Origin: Mustelus asterias
Taxonomy: Eukaryota
Assembly (NCBI RefSeq): GCF_964213995.1
Contig: NW_027590138.1
Coordinates: forward strand, 310,001 to 374,000
Length of the DNA: 64,000 bases
Direction of reading: 5' to 3'
In this document: positions 12,512 through 23,888 of the stretch, in pieces
Layout: each line of letters opens with the position of its first letter
Numbering within the stretch: the stretch's first letter is position 1
Notes under the pieces: model-generated
Database searches by the model: none
What the model was told of the DNA's origin: nothing
Seen by the model: only the letters and a program-made list of their open reading frames with translations
Made by a program: the position numbers and the translations under genes

Positions 12512-12818
12512 GAAAATATCCCCAGCAGAAGGAATATAGATCAAGAATCTGGGAGCTTTGTCCCGATCCTGACGGTACAGGTGTAATAATTAGAAAGCAG
12601 CAGTGGTGGAATAGCTGAAATTGATTATCACAGAGTCGCCTTCGAACTGTGTCGCTGTAACCCGGCTCCTGTGAGACCGAGTCTGCAGCATGAACACCTG
12701 CAGAAATGAAGAAATAGAGAACATTTTGTTGCCATTTTATTGCAGCCAAGATTATCAAGTTAACAGAATATATTGCAAATGCAGGAAACACATGGTTAAA
12801 AGTAAAAATACTCTGTGA

Positions 12819-13152
12819 GCGGCATGGTAGCACAGTGGTTAGCACTGCTGCTTCACAGCTCCAGGGTCCCGGGTTCGATTCCCGGCTCGGGTCACTGTCT
12901 GTGTGGAGTTTGCATATTCTCCTCATGTCTGCGTGGGTTTCCTCCGGGTGCTCTGGTTTCCTCCCACAGTCCAAAGATGTGCGGGTTAGGTTGATTGGCC
13001 AGGTTAAAAAAAATTGCCCCTTAGAGTCCTGGGATGCGTGGATTAGTGGGTAAAATATGTGGGGGTAGGGCCTGGGTGGGATTGTGGTCGGTGCAGACTC
13101 GATGGGCCGAATGGCCTCCTTCTGCACTGTAGGGTTTCTATGATTCTTTCTA
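12819..13152 (+). mobile_element. Full-length HE1-like tRNA-derived SINE
   Basis: A box GGTAGCACAGTGG, B box GGTTCGATTCCC, CR1-derived TTCTATGA tail. Confidence 0.85.
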
Positions 13153-13439
13153 TGAGTAACGTTAACAAGTTGAAAACTGAGTAACTTGGGAGTTAACAAG
13201 TTAGGAGGCCAGTAGCTGTGAGGAATGAATAAAGGGTATCACCCAAAATGCTCACAGAGCTGATGCTGGATCTGAACTCAGTGAGTTAAAGCTCAATAGT
13301 TTTAGGTAAGAGTTGAGAAGATGAGCAGTGACATTCGGCCTGGCAACCTGATTGGTCTATTCCTGACAGAGCGACAAGTGACAACCAATCGGTTCATTGC
13401 TCCATTGTCCCACATTTCATCCAATCAACTCGCAGTTTG

Positions 13440-13447
13440 TGACGTCA
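13440..13447. promoter_or_regulatory. Palindromic CRE upstream of V5, with nearby CCAAT boxes
   Basis: TGACGTCA. Confidence 0.5.
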
Positions 13448-13954
13448 GTGAGCTGGGTAGATGAAAGACCAGCAGTGGCCACTTTGCCTTGCAAAAATGC
13501 TCCTACTATCTACCTGTCTATCTCCCACCATCTTCATGCACTACCCGAAGTCCCATTTTACTCTTAAAATCCACAAATGTATCATCATCAGTTCGAAATA
13601 AACCCAAAGACTGCACAATCACTGCTCTGTGGTGTAGAGAATGATAAGAGTTGCTTTAAACTCAATATGGCTTCATTAACAGGGTCAATATTTAAGTTGG
13701 AGGTGATGGGTAATTGTTAAAATGGTTCTATTATCATGGCCGGAGTTTCTCATTAAGAGAGCTGCTCGCTGAAAATGAAAAATAAAATACTTACCGCTGA
13801 TAGAAACAGGACTTTGATGTATAACGACACATTGTGCAGCACAGAACGTAAAAATTCTGGCAAATTGGTCTTTATATGATTTGGGTCATACTATAAAACC
13901 CTAATCCAGTTGACAGATCTGATTCAGTGAGAGGAGGCGAGAGTGCCCTTGCTG

Positions 13955-14424
13955 TTTTTTTGTGCGGGCTGACTCTGTAACAGTGCGGGGCTCAGCGCAC
14001 AGTAATACACAGCAGAGTCAGACACACGGACCCCGGTGATATTTAACGGAACTGTTTTCTTGTCTTGGTCCAAATCAGCAGAATACCGGTCCGGGAAATC
14101 GGGAGACTTATCCCCCTGCCGCTTCCCGTAACTCTTCAGTAAATATCTCGGAGCTTCACCAGGATTCTGGATGTACCAGAAGAGAGTTGGCATTACTTTT
14201 TTTGTAGTGTAGTTGCAGTTCAATATTCCCTCCTGTCCTTCCTGAACCGTGAATTCAGGCGCTGCTGGGAAGCTGAATCTTGGCCATTGGTTCCTGTAAC
14301 AACATATAGAATGTGTGAGAAATCTGTGAGTGAATATAACCCGTGAAACACACACTGAGGATTTGAGCTCAGACTAACCGGGCAATGTGACCATTATTAT
14401 CAGTAAAGCACACAGGGAACACAT
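13955..14424 (-). pseudogene. TRAV: TCR V pseudogene 6 (leader 14379-14424, V exon 13988-14293)
   Basis: Leader MCSLCALLIIMVTLP + GTTAGT; 1-nt deletion in FR1 (DSASQQ/PEFTVQEG); WYIQNPG...DSAVYYCALSP. RSS CGCACTG with only a 17-nt spacer. Confidence 0.9.
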
Positions 14425-15329
14425 GGTTCCTGATTGGCAGTAAACAGCGACACTGCTTAACATTTGTCGCTGTTTCCAGTCTTATATCACAGAGCGAACT
14501 CAGATCAGAGACAGCTTCAATTATAGGAAAGGGGGGGGGGCGTTTCTTAGTGCTACGATTGGCTAGTCTCCCTGAGGATCACCTTTGGACCTGGTAGCTT
14601 TGGACCAATCACTCTTAGTTGAGGAGGAAGTACAGCTGGCGATCTCCAATCAAATTGTAGCCCCGGCTGCGTGTGTCTTTCTCACTCTCACCTTCTCTGT
14701 CACAATATCAGTCATTCTTTCTCCGTTTAACTCGCTTGCCTTCGAACTCAATGTCAATGTATTTTTTTAGGTAGATCTTTCCCCCTAATTAAGGTGAAAA
14801 TTGAAGCAGATAATTTGAAATCCCTCTGATGCACAGTTTTTGAGTGCCGCCCAGTGCATGAGGATAATTAATAGATACCGTTTTAAGAACACTGGGGAAA
14901 AGTAATCACCCAGCTCCACATTGAGATGAGCTTCCACTGGGAAGGCATGGATTTCAGTCAGTCAATATTTTTAACCCAGCAACTTCAACATGTGGCAACT
15001 CTGAGTCTGCCTTTGATATTTGATCACTTCTGAAATGTGTGATCTGTCAGACAGTCAACTGATTAGGAACATTCAAAATACAGCTTGATGACGTTTTTCA
15101 CTTGGGAGATTTGCAGATTTGTGTGAATGTGATATGGGAACGATTGGACTTGATCTGGTAGTAATATGAGTAAAAATGTCAAACTTCCCAACAGTGACAA
15201 TCATTGACCTCAGTGAGCGAAAACCCTCAGACGGGACTGTATTGTCACCTTCTCTATGGTTGCATGCTCTCTGAATTTTCAACCCCATGTGTTGCCCTGA
15301 CAATGAATCATTGATTTTCGACCTGTGCC

Positions 15330-15505
15330 AGTTTTTGTATGAGGCCCGCGGGATCCTCATTCACTGTGGGCCTCAGTGCACAGTAATACACGGCGCTGTC
15401 TGTCATCTTCTATCCTTTCACTGACAAGTGAAAAGTGCTTTATTTCAGGTTGTGATTCCCGCTGAGGTGTTCAAAGCCGGGAGCCGTATCGGTAAACCCA
15501 TAACT
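15330..15505 (-). pseudogene. TRAV: 3' half of TCR V segment 7 with near-consensus 23-RSS (15330-15368)
   Basis: SYGFTDTAPGFEHLSG...(2 stops)...TDSAVYYCALRP; CACAGTG + 23 + ACAAAAACT. Confidence 0.9.
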
Positions 15506-16640
15506 CCCAAACCAGATCCTTGCGGTACACCACTAATAACTGAACTCCAGGATGAACATTTCCCATCAACCACCACCCTCTGTCTTCTTACAGCTAGCCA
15601 ATTTCTGATCCAAACCGCTAAGTCACCCTCAGTCCCATGCGTCCGTATTTTCTGCAATAGCTTACCGTGGGGTACCTTATCAAACGCTTTACTGAAATCC
15701 ATATACACCACATCAACTGCTTTACCCTCATCCACCTCTTTGGTCACCTCCTCAAAGAACTCAGTAAGGTTTGTGAGGCACGACCTACCCTTCCCAAAAT
15801 CGTGCTGACTATCCCTAATCAAATTATTAATTTCCAGATGATTATTAATCCTATCTCTTATAATCCTTTCCAAAACTTTGCCCACAACAGAAGTAAGGCT
15901 CACTGGTCTATAATTACCAGGGTTGTCTCTACTCCCCTTCTTGAACAAGGGGACAACATTTGCTATCCTCCAGTCTTCTGGCACTATTCCTGGAGACAAT
16001 GACGACATAAAGATCAAAGCCAACGGCTCTGTAATCTCCTCCCTAGCCTCCCAGAGAATCCTAGGATAAATCCCATTCGGCCCAGGGGACTTATCTATTT
16101 TCACACTTTCCAGAATTGCTAACGCCTCCTCCTTATGAACCTCAACCCCGTCTAGTCAAATAGCCTGTATCTCAGTATTCTCCTCGACAACATTGTCTTT
16201 TTCCTGTGTGAATACTGACGGAAAATATTCATTTAGCGCCCCCCCTATCTCTTCGGAATTCCCACTACTGTCCTTGACTGGCCCTAATCTTATCCTAGTC
16301 ATTCTTTTATTCCTGATATACCCATAGAAAACTTTAGGGTTTTCCTTGATCCTACCTGCCAAAGACTTATCATGTCCCCTCCTGACTCTTCTTAGCTCTC
16401 TCTTTAGGTCCTTCCTGGCTAACTTGTAACTCTCAAGCGCCCTAACTGAGCCTTCACGTCTCATCTTTACATAAGTCTCCTTCTTCCTCTTCACAAGAGA
16501 TTCAACTTTTTTTAGTAAACCACGGTTCCCTCGCTCGACCACTTCCTCCCTGCCTGACAGGTACATACTATCAAGGACACGCAGTAGCTGTTCCTTGAAC
16601 ATTTCAATTGTGCCCGTCCCCTGCAGTTTCCTTCCCCATC
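15506..16640 (-). mobile_element. CR1 LINE internal ORF2 fragment, 3' end lost
   Basis: KSPGPNGIYPRILWE...NYRPVSLTSVVGK...YMDFSKAFDKVPH...SGVPQGS, then abrupt junction to V7. Confidence 0.9.
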
Positions 16641-18260
16641 ATATGGTCCAATCCAGCTCCTGTTCCCTATTCTCTGTTGTTCTTCTGTCCAGTTCATTGT
16701 TCTGAGAAAAGAATCAACTGAATGAAGAATTCCAGAAGAAGAGATAAATATCTCATAATGTAACTAGTACATAATAAGGAATAGCGTGATTTCGGAGAGC
16801 TGCTTGTTCATCTAGAATACTAGACAGCAGCATATCCACAATGCTATTGCTCCCGTAATCGTTGCAGCAAACATACAAACTTGGTGAGGCAGCTCCATCC
16901 GGTGGCAATCTGAGGTAAATGACCATTTCCTGGAAAATCACAGAATTCATAAATTACTGAAGGCTGTTCGTTTAATATTATTATGTCACATTATTCCTGA
17001 AAGTATTATTACTATTGCAATGCAGTGAACATATCCACCAGAGCTAATTCTACCTTAATTTGAAATCCCGGTGAACAGTGATAGGGCTAGTAGATGAGGG
17101 GAGGAATAGTCCCTCTTCGTATGAAAAAATATTTCGGTTACTATTGCTCACAAACTCAAAGTATCCAGAAAACAACGGGACCCGCAAATCTTGTCACTCC
17201 ACTATGACGGTCAAAGTGACAACTCTTTCTGGCAGAGACCCATAAGACCCCGTGTCTTCTGTATAAATAATGTTTCTAACAACATTACAGCGGCAACACT
17301 GGAGATCAATTTCCATAGTGTGTAAAGTGCTTTCAAATGTCCAGGGTGCTGGACCAGTAGAAACTCTTCTTTCTCTTGTCGAGTAATAGTTCGTTCCAGG
17401 GGTTAAATTTATTGTCCGGCTGTTTCCACCGGGCCCAGTAATGTTTTTTTTAAATTTCCGTTTTTTAAATTTCGATCCAGCTTTTCCATGATTGGGTTGA
17501 TGAGCAGTCACCACTTTCAGGAATTCCAAGTATTAGGTATCCAGTCTGTTCCGAGATTCTTTCCTCTCCACAGGAGTGCTTCAGGAAAAACAACCTGAAT
17601 AGATACTTGGGTGACGTTGATGGAAAGTGACCGAAGCACTGAACGGCTGCTTGCTATCTATCTCTCAGTTCTGATCCTGGTCACCTCGATTAAAGGTTTA
17701 CACTAATCTACCTTCATGTGTAAATATAAACTATATATTGATTGTTAAAGCGGTGCAATATCCAAAATTAGCAGTACAAGCGCTAATCTACAAACGCCGC
17801 TCCCCAGGTGAGGTTCAGTTGTTAGCTCTATCGTCTCTGGAGCAGATGTTTTCAGAATTCCACTCTCTCTACAGAGACTCTCCTTACAGGACCCATTCAG
17901 ATGCGGCAGTGCAGCCCAAGGGGAATGGTGAATTGTCCGGGGTGCCGAATGAGATGTTAAATGGACGGCACCGACTCCCCTCTCAGAGGGAGGTGATAGT
18001 TCAAAAGGACACGATTGTGAAGAAGAGCAGTTGAATTGCTCGAGTCAATTACTACCCAAAATAAACGTTCTGAAACAAGCGATCCATTAAAATGTTGCTG
18101 TTTGAAGGATCAACCGGGGATCAAATTGGCTGCCGTCTCTTCTCTACTCATTGTAACAGTGACGGTGAACACTCTGTGGTACATCAAGGAAGGCGCCATA
18201 TAGATAGTTCATTCTTATTCACTCAACGACCCAAGTTTACATGCTGAGTGATATTCTAAG

Positions 18261-18299
18261 AGTATTTCGACAGCTTCAGCGCAGCTCTGCGTCTATGTG
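18261..18299 (-). other. Divergent 23-RSS
   Basis: CACATAG + 23 + CGAAATACT. Confidence 0.75.
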
Positions 18300-19054
18300 G
18301 GTCTCAGTGCACAGGAATACACCCTGGAGTCTGTCAGCTCAGTTTTAGATATCTTCATTGTGCTCTTCACAAAATCAAACTCCGCAGAGAAACGGTCCCC
18401 TCGGAATCTCTCTGTGCTCCCGCTGTATGTATATCTCTGCAGCAGAAACTCCATCGACCCGCCGGGATGCTGACGGTACCACAATATGTTAGGATAGTCG
18501 CTGGTTGTAGCTGTAAAGTTACAGAACAACTGAACATCCTTCCCTGTACTCACTGTGACGGCAGCCGGTGTCTGTGTAACAGAGTCTCCTCGACAATGTC
18601 CTGCAAGTGTCCAGAGGGACATCAAACCAACAATATCAATTAACTACGTTTGGCTTTTTGACCCGAATTAAAGCCCGGTAAATAAATAGATGCCGCTAAA
18701 GTGAAAGATATTTTCCACAGCTCAGGATCTGTCACTGGAAGGCGTTTGGATCGAATATGCAAACTTTTCATGAACGCACATTTGGCGCCGTCTATCGAGA
18801 TCAGTTCCCCAAACGCATTTCCTGCTATTTGAAGGGAAAACTGAAAACTGCCCCCAGTTTTAAATTCCAGTGTTTGTCACAGGCTGCGTGGAGACAATGT
18901 GGGTAGGATTAATTTACGGTTCTCTGATCAATCCATTGTTAGCTATGTATTAATGTAATGTGTTAAAGATGTCAAACAAGTTTGTGCAACTTGGGAACTT
19001 ACCGATTAACAGAGCTGTCGCTGTGAGGACTGAACACAAAGTGACAGGAGGCAT
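18300..19054 (-). CDS. TRAV: TCR V segment 8, open reading frame (leader 19003-19054, V exon 18300-18600)
   Basis: MPPVTLCSVLTATALLI/G-HCRGDSVTQTP...LFC...WYRQHPG...DSRVYSCALRP; in-frame splice, no stops; non-consensus DSRVYSC. Confidence 0.88.
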
Positions 19055-19461
19055 TTTCCAGACACCTCCCGGCACAGTTAACAGCAATGAGCTGAAGCTG
19101 AAGTTGTTTCACTCAAGTCTTTAGCTGAGTAACACGCACGACACTGCTGATTGGTTCATTGCCGGCTGAGTCATCAGTTGACATTCAATCATCTTAAAGC
19201 GTCTTCTCTTCAATCAAATATATCAAATTCCTTGGATATTTAATTCCTACCATCGGAATGGGGCGAAAAGAACAAAGGGTTTCTGTTCAAATCTAAGCTG
19301 AGTATTTTCTGAGGAAATACTCCAAGGTCGGTCCTTTCACAGGTTCAATCTGTCAGGGGGAGACAGAGAAAGAAAACAGTGAAAGTTGTTCTGGTCCTAA
19401 AGCCGGATTCCCCAATTGGGGGAGCTGCTCTCTGACTACATTACATTCCGCTTTCGGTCCG

Positions 19462-19720
19462 GGGCGGTACGGTAGCACAGTGATTAGCACCGCTGCTACA
19501 CAGCAGCCGGGACCGAGATCGATTCTCAGCTGCGGTCACAGTGTGTGTGGAGTTTGCACATTCTCCATGTGTCTGGGTGGATTTTCTCCAGTGCTCGCTT
19601 TTCCCCCCACATTCTGAAAGACGTGCTGTTAGCGGCATTGACCCGAACAGGCACCGGACTGTGGCGATTAGGGTAATTTCGCAGTTACTTCATAAGCCTT
19701 ACTTGTGACTTTAAAAAAAA
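19462..19720 (+). mobile_element. tRNA-derived SINE
   Basis: GGGCGGTACGGTAGCACAGTG head; AAGCCTTACTTGTGAC tail. Confidence 0.8.
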
Positions 19721-20551
19721 ACTTACAACAATGAATGGAATAGAAGCACCAAATGTTTTTAATGAATTATATAGCGGGGGTTGTATGTGGAGGCGACTGT
19801 TTAATGGATTTGAGCTGAATGGGAGTGAGGAGACACGCATTGACTCAGTGATCTTGGATTAGTTGATCATCAGAAATATTCGCAACACACATACAATAAA
19901 AATAACGTTTTCCCTGTAATTTATTGCTTAACCGTCAGAAACACAGGCGTCCATCGTCACCGATTTCCGAATTTAATATCATTAAATAAACAGGTTGAAC
20001 CTTTATTGACAGCACCTCCCAAACCCGCAATCACTTCCACCAGATGATGCATGGGAACATCAGCACCGATATGTTCCCCTTCAAGCAATGCGATATCCTA
20101 ACATATTGTGTTCATTTCACTGAAGCTCAAAATCATGGAAACCCCTCCCTGACAGTACTGCGAGTGTCGCCACATTACGTGGAATGCGAAAGGCAGCTCA
20201 CCAAGATCTTTTCATGGACAATTAGTGGTAGGTAATAAATACTGGTCTTGATAGCAACGTTCACTTTTATTAAATGTTTTAAAAACACTCAATCTGTAAC
20301 CAATCCTGAGCATCAAACCAACAACTGAACAAATCTCCTCCTGCCGCCTGGTGGCGAATGCTTGTAAAGTTTCTGAAACTAATTCAGAATCGGTGGATGA
20401 CTCGGGCTAATTTTCACCAAGCAAAGACAAAGGAAGCTAAAATCGTGAACTAACACAAACAAATAACAGATTGTACGAATCAATGTTATTCACAATTGAT
20501 CTGTTCTACAACAGACGTCAGCTGCAAGAGTTTCTATTGCACAAAGAGGCG

Positions 20552-20863
20552 AGATTTTCTTTCCGAGATTTAACTGTTTTTATCACTATAAGTCTCACGG
20601 AGCAGTAACAGCTCAGAGATTGTTCAAGTGAAATTTCTTGTCAAGATGTTGAGTTGTTCCAAAAATGGTCTTTGGCTTGAATGCTGAACCGCTCGGGTGT
20701 TTTATCAGAATAAACTCTGGCTGTATTTCAGAGTCTTGCCAATAGCAGTCTAATGCTTAACAGTCGCTCCATGTATTGTTAGAGATTCATTTTAAAGTAA
20801 CCGCGTCTCCTTCCGTCTTAACTGCTGAGGGTAGCAGCTGGTGGCAACCTCCACGAATTAGAT
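20552..20863 (-). pseudogene. TRAV: TCR V pseudogene 9 (last V before the ZNF domain)
   Basis: SAVKTEGDAVTLK*...QPEFILIKHPSG...TISEL..YCSVR; TATAGTG + 23 + AGAAAATCT; candidate leader donor GTGAGT at 21133-21138. Confidence 0.8.
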
Positions 20864-20944
20864 CTAAAGGACATGTCACCATGGTGAAAGATAAAACAAG
20901 CGGGAGTTTAAAACTCAGATTCAAAACACGTTGGAAATATTAGC

Positions 20945-21015
20945 CATGATGTGGAGTTGCCGGCGTTGTACTGGGATATATCTGGACTTTACCCTGATGT
21001 TGTGAGACTACTTAC
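20945..21015. mobile_element. 71-bp mini Penelope insertion made of two inverted terminal pieces
   Basis: 13-bp duplication TGGAAATATTAGC at 20932-20944 and 21016-21028. Confidence 0.8.
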
Positions 21016-22555
21016 TGGAAATATTAGCAACATCTTTACCCCGCAAATACCGTCATTATTTCCATTCTACAAACAATAGTGTGCCGCTTAGTGCAACCAA
21101 GGGGGAGAATAGATTTTTAGCCGGGAGAAAGTACTCACTGAGATGTCATAGGAAAAGCAAGAGGTGGTCACAAATGTCTCCGCCCTTGTCTGTAACTGCA
21201 GACCATGAACTCCTCTGTCACAGCAAATACAGATCCCCACCCACAGCACTGCTGACCCAACCGTTGGCAATGATGGAAGCGGAACAACAAGGTCTCCACG
21301 AGCAGAGATCAGGGCAGGCGGGTCAAAGGGAAACTGTGTGAGACTCGATAACTAGCGCTCTTGTCCAACACAGTGTCAGTCTGTGATAAATTATTACACT
21401 TCTCTCACTTTCTAGCTCTGTGATCCCTTCATTCTTTCTGTGAAATAAATTCCTCAACAAGACAAATTCCAGCCACTGTGACCCGCTACAGAAATTACAC
21501 ATTTCCTTCAATCACAACCCGATCCAACTCACCGAATGGCGCCTACAACAATATCAGATGCTGCAGTCTTAAATCATATCCTGCAATTTTAATCCAAATT
21601 GAATTGTTGAGACTTACACCGAGAGATGGGTTTAAAGTATGAAAAATAATTATCGGATAATATCGAGACATCCATCTTATATATCCTGGAAAGTGTGAAA
21701 TGTGTGAAATAAGTTTCCTGTTGGAATGGAAGAGGAGTAGACATTGAGATAGTTTAAGGAGGTGTCTGGAGGAACGTTGGGAAAGGAAGTTACTACATTT
21801 CCGGATTATTCATACAAAATTTGTCGCATGACCTCCCTCATTCCCAGTGGTCACATGAACCGGAATACAGCAGGAGAGGCTAAATAGTGTCTAAAACGTC
21901 AAAGCACAATTCTGGAATTGTTCAAATGGACTGGCTGCAGCTTTGAAGACAGAAATAGAGCGAACATTTTAAATGATTATGCTTATCAGAACTGGGGAAA
22001 ATGTTGTTGATGCAACAGGTTTTAAGCATTTGGAGTGGCAGCTAAAGACGAGAGGGCAGAATGAAAAAGGGGCAGGTCAGTAATTCAGTGGAAGACAGGT
22101 AGCCCTAAATGATGAAGCCGATGATGGCCCAAGGGGAAGATGTGGTACTGGGACAGGTGGACAAACAATTAGTAATTGTGGCAGCGTTTTACTTATGAAA
22201 AACAGAACCATCACCCCAAGGTGCCGTCTAAAATACAAAGAGAAAACAATGTAAACTGTTGTACGGTGGAGAATCAGTAAGTGTTGAAAGCAATCTTGAT
22301 TCCGGGAGGTGAACAAATCTGTTTTTTTTTTGTAAATGCTGCCGCCACCAGAGAGTAGTGAGAGGTTGCTTGGGTTTAATGTTGGGACGAGTTTCAGACT
22401 CACAACAGTGTTCAGTTCTTTGTTATATTAAAACAAATGAAACGAGCAGCTGTGGAAACACACTATTATTGACAGAAATAGGATGTTTATATTTAACGTA
22501 ATGTATTCTTGTGCGTGGTTAATGTTGCGATTGATGTTACAAATATTCGACATTA

Positions 22556-23090
22556 TGGCCGCGATTCTCCCATTGCGGCCCGCCACTTTTCTGGCGGGTC
22601 GGGCTGGGAGATGCGCGTGTCGGCCATTTAGTGGGTTCCCCAGCAGTTCTTTTCGACCCGCGCGCATCTCCAAGCCAGAGAAAAATGGCGCCGCCGGGAA
22701 CCCGCTGAAAATCGGCGGGCCGTTGTTTAGCATGAGTTTATATACTTCTGCATGCTATTATCGGAGTCCACATGGCAATCTCCGCACACGTCTGCGTCTC
22801 CCAATTCTTTGGCATGATGTAATTTTGGCACGAATCAGAATAGGTATTTAAAAGTTGCAACCTGGCGTGGCAGCCTTGAACTGGCGTGAGGAGGTAAGTG
22901 CTGCTAACAGGGCACGAGGGGGGTTGCAGGCACGCCCTGGAGATGTCTGGTGGCCTTCCTCCTGCTGCCTTTAGGTTTTGGCCCATTGACGAGTGACATC
23001 TGTGGGAGGCGTGGGGGGGGGGGCTTCCATTTCCTCACAGATCGCTGGGTGATGTTCCATCAGGGAGTCCCGCTCCCCACCGCCCCAATC
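22556..23090. mobile_element. GC-rich DNA-transposon end (PIF/Harbinger-like), single terminus
   Basis: Abrupt CpG-rich block starting GGCCGCGATTCTCC, with internal inverted repeat 22603-22617/22661-22675; family call from recalled TIR pattern only. Confidence 0.45.
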
Positions 23091-23093
23091 TAC

Positions 23094-23720
23094 AAAGATA
23101 TAAAATGAAAAAGTGTGGCTAAAGTAAACATTGGTCCTTTAGAGGACGAGAAGGGGGATGTAATAACTGGAAATGAGAAAATGTCTGTGGCATTGAACAG
23201 GTATTTTGTGTCGGTCTTCACAGTGGAAGACACAAATAACATGCCAAAAATCGATGACAGGAAGGCTATGGAAGGTGAGAACCTAGAAACTATCAATCTC
23301 ACGAAAGGGGTAGTGGTGGGCAGTTTAATGGGGCGAAAGGTAGACAAGTCTCCTGGTCCTGGTGGAATGCATCCCAGGGTACTAAAAGAGCTGGTGGGAG
23401 AAATAGCAAATGCACCAGTGGTAATTTACCAAAATTCACTGGACTCTGGGGTTCAGAGTTAAAGATTTCAGAGAAAAGGGAGTTGAAAGCAGGTCCCATG
23501 GACAAGATGAACAATCAGAGGGTTTGATGGGAAATAGGAGAGAGACTGGAGAAAGATGTGAGTTCAGAGCTTGGACACAGAGGAGCTTTACAGACAGTCT
23601 GGCCCAGTGGGTGAGTGGAAGGGAAGGAAGCAGCTGATCAGATTGTCTCAATCTTAGTGACAGAAACTCATCAGCTCCTCACACTTTGTTGTTGGAGGTG
23701 AGGTTGGAGGAGACAAGAGA
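23094..23720. mobile_element. CR1 fragment (+, 23094-23450) fused to L2-type remnant (-, 23450-23720)
   Basis: LNRYFVSVFTVED...KSPGPGGMHPRVLKEL; L2-like segment also seen at 28240-28740 and 49420-49920. Confidence 0.7.
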
Positions 23721-23888
23721 AAGGGAGAGTCCTTCAAAAGGAACTAACTTGTGTTAGAGATATTAGAAAGGCTCGACACAGCATGTTTAAATCAAAGACA
23801 ACATATTTGATTTTTGTCCAGAATATTAGTCTCTATAACTGAACTGAAGTTTATTAACATCAGCAGAAACAGACCCTAATGGACATAG

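Larger units (their letters stand above)
12243..12697 (-). pseudogene. TRAV: TCR V pseudogene 5 (V exon 12282-12697, RSS 12243-12281), interrupted by a Penelope end
   Basis: VHAADSVSQEP, frameshift, first Cys>Phe, stop in CDR1, Trp>Leu, ...RLSDSAVYYCGLR. RSS CAGAGTG + 23 + GGAAAAACA. Confidence 0.9.

Noticed and set aside
12819-12900. tRNA genes or cryptic RSS (CACAGTG) in SINE heads
   Set aside because: A/B boxes belong to tRNA-derived SINEs; the heptamer has no nonamer
12423-13199. 258-aa ORF
   Set aside because: Chance read-through of antisense SINE, intron, frameshifted V and Penelope end
4384-21140. IgH V, VNAR or NAR-TCR V identity; D or J segments
   Set aside because: WYRQ/YYCAL(R/S)P-type frameworks, no octamer noticed, no VNAR-type CDR2 deletion, and no 12-RSS or FGxG J motif found. 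TAILV-like affinity cannot be excluded without a tree.
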